A stretch of DNA of 26,289 nucleotides from an uncultured Rhizobium sp. (GTDB lineage: Bacteria > Pseudomonadota > Alphaproteobacteria > Caulobacterales > Hyphomonadaceae): positions 1 through 26,289 of the forward strand of contig CAZTMG010000011.1 of NCBI GenBank assembly GCA_964614815.1, written 5' to 3'. The notes beneath the pieces are model-generated. The model was not told the origin of the DNA. It ran no database searches and worked only from the letters and a program-made list of their open reading frames with translations. Each line of letters starts with the position of its first letter. The stretch's first letter is position 1. The position numbers and the translations under genes are program-made. Shown in pieces: positions 7,182-14,756 of this stretch.

Positions 7182-7964
7182 TCACCGCGGTTGCATGCGG
7201 ATGCCGCCGTCGAGACGGACGCTTTCGCCGTTGAAGTAGCCGTTCTGGATCATCTGGAGCGCCAGCGAGGCGTACTCGGTGGGATCCCCGAGGCGCTTGG
7301 GGTTGAGGACGGTGGCGGCGAGGGCCGCCTTGACGTTCTCCGGCGCGCCCGCGAGGAGCGGCGTGTTGAACAGTCCCGGCAGGATGGTGTTGACGCGGAT
7401 GGCTTCGCTCGCGAGGTCGCGCGCGATAGGGAGCGTCATGCCGACGACGCCGCCTTTCGAGGCGGAGTAGGCGGCCTGCCCCATCTGACCGTCTTCGGCG
7501 GCGACGGAGGCGGTATTGATGATCACGCCGCGATCGCCATCCGGCAGAACAGGCAGGGTGAGCATGCCGGCGGCGGATCTGGCGATGCAGCGGAACGTGC
7601 CGACCAGGTTGATCTGGATGATGCGGTCGAACTCGCTGATCGGGAACGACTTGATCTCGCCGGTTTCCTTGTTGCGGCCAGCGGTCTTGAAGGCGTTGCC
7701 GGTGCCGGCGCAATTGACGAGGATCCGCTCCTGGCCGTTGGCCGCCCGGGCCTTCGCGAAGCCTTCATCAACGGAGGCGTCGCTGGTGACATTGACATTG
7801 CAAAAGACGGCGCCGGTTTCAGCGGCGAAGGCGCTACCCGTCTTCTCGTTCATGTCGAAGATGGCGACCTTGACGCCCAGGGCGCGCAGGGCGCGGGCCG
7901 TCGCAGCGCCGAGACCGGACGCGCCGCCAGTGATGATTGCGGAGATCGAACTGTCGAGTTTCAT
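7182..7964 (-). CDS. SDR oxidoreductase, 3-hydroxyacyl-CoA dehydrogenase type II (HSD10-like), 260 aa
   Basis: TGGASGLG, VNCAG, NTASVAAEDGQMGQAAYSASKGG (YxxxK), RLDGGIRM. True start ATG 7964. Confidence 0.95.
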   Translation of the reverse strand: MKLDSSISAIITGGASGLGAATARALRALGVKVAIFDMNEKTGSAFAAETGAVFCNVNVTSDASVDEGFAKARAANGQERILVNCAGTGNAFKTAGRNKETGEIKSFPISEFDRIIQINLVGTFRCIARSAAGMLTLPVLPDGDRGVIINTASVAAEDGQMGQAAYSASKGGVVGMTLPIARDLASEAIRVNTILPGLFNTPLLAGAPENVKAALAATVLNPKRLGDPTEYASLALQMIQNGYFNGESVRLDGGIRMQPR

Positions 7965-8484
7965 GAGGTGTCCTGCCTGCTCTGTGACGTTCGCGGAAGG
8001 TGTAAAGCGGCATCGACCCACGAAACAAGTATGACCCGGCGACAGGGGGCGTTTCACGACGCCGGCGGAGCCGTCCCAGGCGTATGGCAGGCCCGCCGGC
8101 CAGGCCCGTTTCCCGGCGTCGTGACCCAAGGCGCCCCGTTCTGATCCCGCTGGATGGGCCTGACAGGTCCGGCGTTCAAATCCGCCCCGGGACGGCGCGC
8201 TCATCATCCAGATGCGCCCGGACGAAGGGTTAGGGTCGACAGTCCGTTCCGCGCAGGCGCGTGGCGCACTCGACCGAATGGCGCAAGGCCTGGTTGCTGA
8301 CATCAAGCAGCGCCGGGACATGCGGAGCCGCAAGGCGGGCCGATCCTGAGCCCGGCGACAGCAACAGGGTCGATCGTCCCGTGCAGATTCGCAGGGGCGA
8401 CGTCCATCCGGCGAAGGCCGGCGACGATCGGCGTGTCGCGTTCGGGCGAGATGCCCGGAACGCAATTTCAGAAGGACGACAGGA

Positions 8485-9057
8485 ATGATTGTAACGACGC
8501 TGGCGGGGCCGGCGGCGGAGCCCGTGGGCTTGGCCGAGGCCAGGGAGTATTTGCGCATCGGGAACGACGGACAGGACGCGCTCGTCGGCAGGCTGATCGC
8601 AGCGGCGCGGGCGCGAATCGAGGAACTCACCGGCGTCGCCATGATCGTGCGCAGCCTGCGCGTGACGATGGACTGGTGGCCGCGCGGGACGTCGGAGCGA
8701 CGGTGGATGCGCTTGCCGGTACGACCGGCAGGCGTGCTGGCGGCCGTGCGTGTCCATGATGGGCGCGGCAATGCGTCCGTTGTGACGAGCCGGTTCACGC
8801 TGCCGCCGGGGCGGGCGGCCAAGCTGATGTGGGTCGATGGCGTATTCCCCTGGCCCGGTCAGCGGGTCGGCGGGATCGAGATCGACTACGCGGCCGGTTT
8901 CGGCGAGACAGCCGACGATGTGGCCGACAGCCTGCGGTTGGCGGTGAAGCGCCTGGCGGCGCACGCCTACAATACCCGCGATCCGGGGACGATCGCAGGA
9001 CCTCTGCCGGTGGACGTTGCGGGCCTGATCGGTCCGTGGCGCAGGGTGCAGCTGTGA
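8485..9057 (+). CDS. Head-tail adaptor/connector (GTA g6, gp6-like), 190 aa
   Basis: PAAEPVGLAEAREYLRI...D.L...LIAAAR..IE..TG, GIEIDYAAGFG, LRLAV..LAAH.Y..R, P..V..LI.PWRRVQL. Confidence 0.9.
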   Translation: MIVTTLAGPAAEPVGLAEAREYLRIGNDGQDALVGRLIAAARARIEELTGVAMIVRSLRVTMDWWPRGTSERRWMRLPVRPAGVLAAVRVHDGRGNASVVTSRFTLPPGRAAKLMWVDGVFPWPGQRVGGIEIDYAAGFGETADDVADSLRLAVKRLAAHAYNTRDPGTIAGPLPVDVAGLIGPWRRVQL

Positions 9058-9461
9058 GCGCGGCCGAGGCGCTGGTTGAGCAGGCGCTGCTTGACCTGCT
9101 GGCTGCGGATGCGGGGGTGCAGGCCGCCCTCGGCGATCCGATACGGGTAAAGACGGGAGACGCCGACAGACCAGCCTATCCGTTTCTCGAGATCGCGGCG
9201 CATCAGAGCCGCACCACGGACGTCGCCGGCTTCGCTGGCGGGGAGCACATCATCGATCTCGCGGTGACCTCCTTCAACGACAAGGGTCAGGGCGGACTTG
9301 CGGGACTGGGGGCGGTGCGGGCCGCTCTCCGCGATGCAAGGCTTTCCATGGACGGCTGGCGGGACGTGCTGATAACCCCGATCTTTGCCGATATCCTGCG
9401 GGCGGCGCCGGGTCTCTGGCGCGCGATCCTGCGCCTGAGGATCGTGATCGAGGAAGCCTAG
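9054..9461 (+). CDS. Tail terminator / tail completion protein (GTA g8, DUF3168), 135 aa
   Basis: GTG start overlapping the g6 stop (GTGA); Q.AL...L.AD..V.A.LG, P.YPF, EH...L.V.S pattern. Confidence 0.8.
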   Translation: MSAAEALVEQALLDLLAADAGVQAALGDPIRVKTGDADRPAYPFLEIAAHQSRTTDVAGFAGGEHIIDLAVTSFNDKGQGGLAGLGAVRAALRDARLSMDGWRDVLITPIFADILRAAPGLWRAILRLRIVIEEA

Positions 9462-9949
9462 CGGCCGAGGCGACCCAGTACATAGAGCGCGCCTCCGCCC
9501 AGGAGGCCGGGGATGGCCAGATCGGCTGTCAGGAGAGGCAGGTCCATGCGCATGGCGAGATCCGGCCGGGCGTGAAGCATTGCGGCATAAAGCCCGACAA
9601 GGCTGCCGACGATGACCCCGGCGGCGCCCAGCACGATCGCGAATGTGCGGCCGGTCTCCTTCAGCGTGTGCAACGCACGGCCACGCGCCGCGGCATAGTA
9701 CTTGCGGCCGATCGCCTGACGCTTGCCTGCCAGAAGCCAGGCGCCGAACGCCAGGGCGAGTCCGAAGGACACGAGGCCGGCGACGGCCATGGAGGACAGA
9801 CCGCTGGCATAGGCCACGACGACAGCGGGAGGCCCGAACGCGCTGGCGTCATGGCGCGTCAGGCCCAGCACGACCGGCAGGCCCGTCAGCACGAGCAGGA
9901 TGCTGGCGGCGGAAACGATACGAAGTCGCCGGGTCTTGTAGAAGCGCAT
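9458..9949 (-). CDS. Hypothetical multi-pass membrane protein, 163 aa
   Basis: About four hydrophobic segments separated by Arg/Lys-rich loops; fills the gap between g8 and the Kef gene. No family recognised. Confidence 0.6.
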   Translation of the reverse strand: MRFYKTRRLRIVSAASILLVLTGLPVVLGLTRHDASAFGPPAVVVAYASGLSSMAVAGLVSFGLALAFGAWLLAGKRQAIGRKYYAAARGRALHTLKETGRTFAIVLGAAGVIVGSLVGLYAAMLHARPDLAMRMDLPLLTADLAIPGLLGGGALYVLGRLGR

Positions 9950-10129
9950 GGCGGATCCCGAGTAGGACCCCTGCCTGACACAGGCTGGTTAAGATCAGCT
10001 TGGGCGAGGCGTCGAAATTCCTCCGCCGGAGCAAGTTGCGAAGAACTTCTTGCTTTCCCGAATTGCGATCTGCGAAGCTGGAAATCCCCGAAATGTCCGG
10101 GGCATGAGCTTGAAAAGGCGTACATACGC

Positions 10130-11812
10130 TTGTCGCACCAGTCGCCGCTGATCGCGCTGCTGGCCATCGGGTTCGGGATGGCGTTCGTGTTTGGCGCCAT
10201 CGCGAGCCGGCTGAAGCTGTCGCCGTTGCTGGGATATCTTCTGGCGGGCGTGCTGATCGGGCCCTCGACCCCCGGATTCGTGGCGGATGAAGGGCTGGCG
10301 CAGGAGGTCGCGGATGTCGGCGTGATCCTGCTGATGTTCGGGGTTGGCCTGCATTTCTCGCCGCGTGACCTGCTGTCCGTGCGTGCGGTGGCGGCGCCGA
10401 TCACGCTGCTGACGATCGCGTTCACCGTGGCGCTTGGCGTGGCGGTGGGGATTGTCCTGGGCTGGGGCGTCGAGGCGGGGGTGGTGTTCGGGCTGGCGCT
10501 GTCGGTCGCCTCAACCGTGGTGTCGCTGCGCAACCTGCAGGACCGGCGTCTGATCCAGACTGAGCGCGGCAAGCTGATGGTGGGCTGGCTGGTGGTGGAG
10601 GACCTGGCGATGGTGCTCGCCATGGTGCTGCTGCCGACCTGGGCGACGATCCGCAGCCAGACGGGCGGCGGAGAGGCGATGACGGTCCTGCAGCTGCAGG
10701 ATATAGGCCTCGCCGTGGCGCTGACGTTCGGCAAGGTGGCGCTGTTCGCCATGATCATGCTGCTTGCGGGCAAGCGCCTGGTGCCATGGATCCTGCACGG
10801 CGTCGTGCACATGGGATCGCGCGAGTTGTTCCGGCTGTGCGTGCTGGCGATTGCGCTGGGCGTGGCGTATGCGGCGTCTGCGCTGTTCGGAATCTCGGTG
10901 GCGCTGGGCGCATTGTTCGCCGGGCTGATCATGGCGGAGAGCGAGCTGTCGCAGCAGGCGGCGAACGAGACGCTGCCCTTGCGCGACGCATTCGCCGTGC
11001 TGTTCTTCGTGTCGGTCGGCATGCTGTTCGATCCGCGCCTGCTGCTGGGCAACCCCTGGCCGCTTCTGGCGGCGCTGGCGATCATCGTGGTCTTCAGAAC
11101 CGTCCTGAGCCTTTTCCTCCTGCGGATGTTCGGCCAGTCGCGCGAGGCGGCAGGCACCGTGACGGCCGCACGGGCGCAGATCGGCGAGTTCTCGTTCATC
11201 CTGGCGGGGATCGGGATGCAGCTGGGGCTGATCCCGGTCGAGGCGCGCAACGCTATCCTCGGGGGGGCGATCATTTCGATCGTGCTCAACCCGGTCGTGT
11301 TCGCCCTGCTGGATCGCAGGACGAAGAAGAAGGAGGCTGCCGGGCCGGAGCCGGCCCCCGCGCCCGTTCCGGCGCCGGAGCCGAAGCGGGCGGTGCTGAT
11401 CGGCTATGGCCGCGTGGGATCGCTGATCGGCAAGGCGCTGGACCAGGCCGGGGCGAATTACTCCGTCGTCGAGGACCGGCCGGACGTGGTCGAGACGCTG
11501 CAGGCGCGGGGCGTCACGGCCATTCAGGGGAACGGGATTTCCCGCGAGTCGCTGCAGGCGGCGGGGGCGGACACGGCGGATCTTGTGTTCGTGACCGTGC
11601 CGGACGGCTTCGAGGCGGGCGGCATTGTGGAGCTGGCGCGGGAGCTGAACCCCGGCGTGAAGGTGTATGCGCGCGCGCATTCGGACGCCGAGGTTGAGCA
11701 TCTGCGGGCGCTGGGCGCGGACCTGATCGTTTCGGGCGAGCAAGAGATCGCGGACGCCATGATCGACAAGGCGACGGCGTTCATTCCGAAACGGATTGTC
11801 GCGCGTCGCTAA
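10130..11812 (+). CDS. ybaL: CPA2/Kef-type cation:proton antiporter with C-terminal TrkA-N domain (YbaL/RosB-like), about 560 aa
   Basis: SPLI...GFGMAF.FG..A.RLKLSPLLGYLLAG, GVILLMFGVGLHFS, SVASTVV, GWLVVEDL, LPLRDAFAVLFFVSVGM, QIGEFSFILA, GYGRVG. Probable TTG start at 10130. Confidence 0.92.
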   Translation: MSHQSPLIALLAIGFGMAFVFGAIASRLKLSPLLGYLLAGVLIGPSTPGFVADEGLAQEVADVGVILLMFGVGLHFSPRDLLSVRAVAAPITLLTIAFTVALGVAVGIVLGWGVEAGVVFGLALSVASTVVSLRNLQDRRLIQTERGKLMVGWLVVEDLAMVLAMVLLPTWATIRSQTGGGEAMTVLQLQDIGLAVALTFGKVALFAMIMLLAGKRLVPWILHGVVHMGSRELFRLCVLAIALGVAYAASALFGISVALGALFAGLIMAESELSQQAANETLPLRDAFAVLFFVSVGMLFDPRLLLGNPWPLLAALAIIVVFRTVLSLFLLRMFGQSREAAGTVTAARAQIGEFSFILAGIGMQLGLIPVEARNAILGGAIISIVLNPVVFALLDRRTKKKEAAGPEPAPAPVPAPEPKRAVLIGYGRVGSLIGKALDQAGANYSVVEDRPDVVETLQARGVTAIQGNGISRESLQAAGADTADLVFVTVPDGFEAGGIVELARELNPGVKVYARAHSDAEVEHLRALGADLIVSGEQEIADAMIDKATAFIPKRIVARR

Positions 11813-12243
11813 AGCAGCGTGGCGAGAACGCCGAGCATCCTTTCCCAGGCGGCGCGGGAACGGTCGATGAAGTCGGCCCATTCCGGCGCCATCTCGTGGA
11901 CGAGTCGGAGGGAGCATCCGTCTGCGGTCGGCGTGATGTCGATGGAGACGACAGACGGATCATCATCGCCCTCGCCCGCGATGGCCCAGGTGAAGACGAT
12001 GCGGGTGGGCGGGACGAGTTCGAGGAAGCGGCCGACATGGTCGATCTCATGCTCGCCGCGGCGGACCTTGTAGGAAAATTCGCCGCCAATGCGTGGATCG
12101 TTGTGGATATGGAGGATGGTTTCCTCGCGCAGCAACGGGCCGAACATGAAGCGGGCGATCATCTCCGTATCGAGGATGGCGTCGTAGACGCGCTGGGCCG
12201 GGACACGGAATATCTGGACGGCGATAGCGGCGGGCTTGGACAT
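11809..12243 (-). CDS. SRPBCC / AHA1-START-like domain protein #4, 144 aa
   Basis: F.VP..RVYDA..D, G.F.ELVPP.RIVFTW, V.IDI.P..DG..L.L.HE, W..ML..L. Confidence 0.9.
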   Translation of the reverse strand: MSKPAAIAVQIFRVPAQRVYDAILDTEMIARFMFGPLLREETILHIHNDPRIGGEFSYKVRRGEHEIDHVGRFLELVPPTRIVFTWAIAGEGDDDPSVVSIDITPTADGCSLRLVHEMAPEWADFIDRSRAAWERMLGVLATLL

Positions 12244-12245
12244 CG

Positions 12246-12719
12246 TCAGTGGCCCTCCGGCCATTTTGTGGATTCGATGAGCGGTTCGCCGGTTTCGAGC
12301 AGGCTCTTGAGGCTGGCGAAGAGATGCGGCCAGCCTTCGGACATGGCGCCGAGGATTTTCGAGTCGGGGACGTCGGTTTCCTGGATCAGGGTGAGTTTCA
12401 CGGAAGTTCCGACCTCTTCCAGCAGATAGGCGACACGAGTGGGGCCCTCGGCCTTCAGCTCGGGTTGGAAGTCGATGGCCCAGTGGATGACCAGCTTCTT
12501 CGGGTAGTCGACCTCGAGAATCTTGCCGATATCGCCGACGCGGCCATCGGGGATCATCAGGCGCCAGTCCGAGCCGGGTCTCCAGTCGGACACTTGATGC
12601 GTCCCGGCCCAGTAACGTTTCGTGAATTCAGGCTGAGTCAGCGCCGCCCAGACCTTCTCCGGGGTGGAGCGGATGTAGGTGACATAGACGAAGCGGGAGC
12701 CCGATTGACCGACCGTCAT
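12246..12719 (-). CDS. SRPBCC / AHA1-START-like domain protein #3, 157 aa
   Basis: FVYVTYIRSTPEKVWAALTQPEFT..YW, G.ILEVD.PKKLVI.W, GWP.L.ASLKSLLETG; TGATG-coupled to the upstream gene. Confidence 0.92.
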   Translation of the reverse strand: MTVGQSGSRFVYVTYIRSTPEKVWAALTQPEFTKRYWAGTHQVSDWRPGSDWRLMIPDGRVGDIGKILEVDYPKKLVIHWAIDFQPELKAEGPTRVAYLLEEVGTSVKLTLIQETDVPDSKILGAMSEGWPHLFASLKSLLETGEPLIESTKWPEGH

Positions 12720-13198
12720 CAGCTTTTCCTTTCCCAGTCTGGATGATAGGGGGCCGGGGCGCCTTCGAGCACGCTCTTGAGGCATGAGAGGATGGCGGGC
12801 CAGCCATTCGAGATGCTGATGCGCACGCGGGAATTGGCCTTGAAGTTGGCGTGCGTGACCCTGAGCATCGTGTTGGCGCCGCTTTGTTCCAGCTCGTAGG
12901 TGACCAGGGTAGGGCCTTCGTCATGCTGCGGGCCGGGGCCTTCGACGTGGAAGGTGTAGACGAGTCTGTGGGGCTCGTTGCGCTCGAGGATTTCACCGCG
13001 CACATCGACCTTGCCATTGCGACGGTAGACGATCGGGTCGCCGACCTTGAACGTCGAGTCATGTCGGGTGTCGGCCCACCAGCGGCGGATGGTCTCGCCA
13101 TCAACGAGCGCATCCCAGACCTTCTGCTGGCTGGCGGCGATGTAGATCACGTAGACGAATTCGGGGTCGGCTTCGGCGTGGGGTTTCGGAGCAGGCAT
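12719..13198 (-). CDS. SRPBCC / AHA1-START-like domain protein #2, 159 aa
   Basis: FVYVIYIAASQQKVWDAL, GEILE..EPHRLVYTF, GWPAILSCLKS.LE. Confidence 0.92.
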   Translation of the reverse strand: MPAPKPHAEADPEFVYVIYIAASQQKVWDALVDGETIRRWWADTRHDSTFKVGDPIVYRRNGKVDVRGEILERNEPHRLVYTFHVEGPGPQHDEGPTLVTYELEQSGANTMLRVTHANFKANSRVRISISNGWPAILSCLKSVLEGAPAPYHPDWERKS

Positions 13199-13209
13199 TC
13201 TGCAGTCTC

Positions 13210-13659
13210 CTAGAAGGGGGATGGAAGGGGCTTTCCAGTTTCGACAAGGGTCTTGAGGCCGGCCAGCAGAGCGGCCCAGCCCTGCACGGCGCTGTCCGTG
13301 ATGTCCTGAGGCCATTTGCGGCCGTGGTATTCGCGGATGGCGACGCGGGTTGTGCCGTTCGAGGCTGGCTCGATAAGGAACTCGACGCGATCGGGCGGCG
13401 GGTCGTTGTCGAAGCCCCAGGTGATGAGCAGCCGGTTCGGAGGTTGCTTCGCGAGAACAATGCCGGTGATGGCCGGCCATTTGTCTGTGGCGTGGCGGAT
13501 CCAAGGCTCGCCGATCTCGCCGATCTCCGTCCGGCCGCCGAAATAAGTGGCCTGGTCTTCGGGGTCGGTGAAGGCGCGCCACACGCGGTCGACGCTGGCG
13601 TTTATGTAAGTGACCGCGACGTAGTCCGGCCGTTCGGGGAGGGCGTCGTCCGGCGTCAT
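13210..13659 (-). CDS. SRPBCC / AHA1-START-like domain protein #1, 149 aa
   Basis: YV.VTYINAS..RVW.AFTDP, G.VL..QPPNRL.ITW, GW..LL.GLKTLVETG; ATGA overlap with arsR. Confidence 0.9.
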   Translation of the reverse strand: MTPDDALPERPDYVAVTYINASVDRVWRAFTDPEDQATYFGGRTEIGEIGEPWIRHATDKWPAITGIVLAKQPPNRLLITWGFDNDPPPDRVEFLIEPASNGTTRVAIREYHGRKWPQDITDSAVQGWAALLAGLKTLVETGKPLPSPF

Positions 13660-13964
13660 TCCGATTCTAGCTTCCTCTTGAGGTCGACAAGCGCGTCGAC
13701 GCGGCGGCGTTCGAATTTCCGTATCCACCGGTTGGCGATCTCTGCGATCGGCACCGGATTGAGGTAGTGCAGCTTCTCGCGTCCACGCTTCACGGTGGCG
13801 ACGAGATTGGCTTCTTCCAGGATCGCAAGATGTTTCGAGACGGCCTGACGCGTCATGGCGAGGCCAACGCACAGCTCATTCAGCGTCTGGCCGCTGTGGG
13901 CGCAGAGGCTGTCGAGCAGGGCGCGGCGGCTGCCGTCCGCAAGGGCCCGGAACACCAGATCCAT
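13656..13964 (-). CDS. ArsR/SmtB-family transcriptional repressor, 102 aa
   Basis: VFRALAD.SRR.LLD.L, MTRQAVSKHL.ILEEANLV...KRGREKLHYLNPVPI. Confidence 0.95.
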   Translation of the reverse strand: MDLVFRALADGSRRALLDSLCAHSGQTLNELCVGLAMTRQAVSKHLAILEEANLVATVKRGREKLHYLNPVPIAEIANRWIRKFERRRVDALVDLKRKLESE

Positions 13965-13969
13965 GCCTC

Positions 13970-13999
13970 ATAATAGGCAACCAAAAGGTTGCATGTCAA
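13970..13999 (-). promoter_or_regulatory. sigma70-type promoter of the arsR-SRPBCC operon, probably leaderless
   Basis: Minus strand TTGACA (13999-13994), 18 nt, TATTAT (13975-13970). Predicted +1 falls at about 13964, the ATG itself, and there is no RBS. A second TTGACA lies at 14012-14007. Confidence 0.75.
13977..13992. promoter_or_regulatory. ArsR operator (inverted repeat)
   Basis: GCAACC-AAAA-GGTTGC in the -35/-10 spacer, typical of ArsR autorepression. Confidence 0.75.
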
Positions 14000-14026
14000 C
14001 CCTTCATGTCAAGAAAGGAAAGAGCG

Positions 14027-14449
14027 ATGGCGGGCCAGAGAGGCCGCGACGTGCTGATCAGCATTGGCGATGGCGACGTGCCGGAGACGTTCGTGCCCGT
14101 GGCGGGCATACGCGCAAAGACCATCAGCCTGACTGCGGGGCTGATCGAGGCGACGACCGCGCAGAGTCCGGACGGATGGCGCGAACTGATCGCCGGCGCC
14201 GGCGTGAAGCGGGCGGAGATCGCGGGCAGCGGCGTGTTCAAGGACACGCTTTCCGACGCGCTCATCCGCGCCGCGTATTTCGCGGGCGATGCCTCGACCT
14301 ATCAAATGATCATACCGGATTTCGGCCTGATGCAGGGGCCCTTTGTCATCACCGAGCTCATCTATGGGGGCGAGCATGCGGGCGAAGCAGAGTTTTCAAT
14401 CCGCCTTGCATCGGCGGGCCTCGTGACGTTCGAAGCAGGAGACTTCTGA
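14027..14449 (+). CDS. Major tail tube protein, TP901-1 family (GTA g9), 140 aa
   Basis: MAGQRGRDVL..IGDG, GIRAKTISL, GWRELIAGAGV, GSGVFKD..SD, IPDFG...GPF.ITEL.YGGEH.GEA.F.I.LASAG. AAAGGA RBS. Confidence 0.95.
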   Translation: MAGQRGRDVLISIGDGDVPETFVPVAGIRAKTISLTAGLIEATTAQSPDGWRELIAGAGVKRAEIAGSGVFKDTLSDALIRAAYFAGDASTYQMIIPDFGLMQGPFVITELIYGGEHAGEAEFSIRLASAGLVTFEAGDF

Positions 14450-14450
14450 G

Positions 14451-14756
14451 ATGACGGATCAACGCGAGGACGGCGCCCGGGCGGCGGGCGATGCGCTGGA
14501 AGCGGCGCTGATGCGGGCGACGCAGGCGGTGGAGCGCGAACTGGCGCGGATCGTCAGAGCTGGCGAGGAGGATCTCGACCGGCTGGCGCGAAAGATTGCC
14601 GAAACGCTGGCGCAACTGGCGATCGACGGCGTGCTCGGGAGTGTGCTGGAGGACCGAGACGGCGCCGGCAAGACGACGCCTGCCGGGCCGGCGTCTCTCA
14701 ATGGCGTCGCGGCGGCGCTGGCGCGGGCGGTGCAGCGCGGCGGGAGATTCATATGA
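14451..14756 (+). CDS. Very short tape-measure-like protein (GTA g11 position), 101 aa
   Basis: Lies between tube and distal tail. Helical Ala/Glu/Arg-rich, ending in the ALARAV.RG.R.I pattern typical of GTA TMP C-termini; ATGA overlap with g12. Confidence 0.7.
   Translation: MTDQREDGARAAGDALEAALMRATQAVERELARIVRAGEEDLDRLARKIAETLAQLAIDGVLGSVLEDRDGAGKTTPAGPASLNGVAAALARAVQRGGRFI

Noticed and set aside
8150-8211. tRNA-like GTTCAAATCC motif
   Set aside because: The T-stem does not pair properly, the fold is only 62 nt and there is no CCA or D-arm consensus; not a tRNA or att site on this evidence.
9989-10003. CtrA box (TTAA-N7-TTAA) near GTA genes
   Set aside because: Only half-sites found (e.g. 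TTAA at 9989 and in the 21460s); no full box seen upstream of any GTA module.
7965-10129. N-terminal extensions of the SDR (to 8822) and Kef (from 9572) ORFs in the track
   Set aside because: Family homology and RBS positions place the starts at 7964 and about 10130; the extensions overlap other genes.
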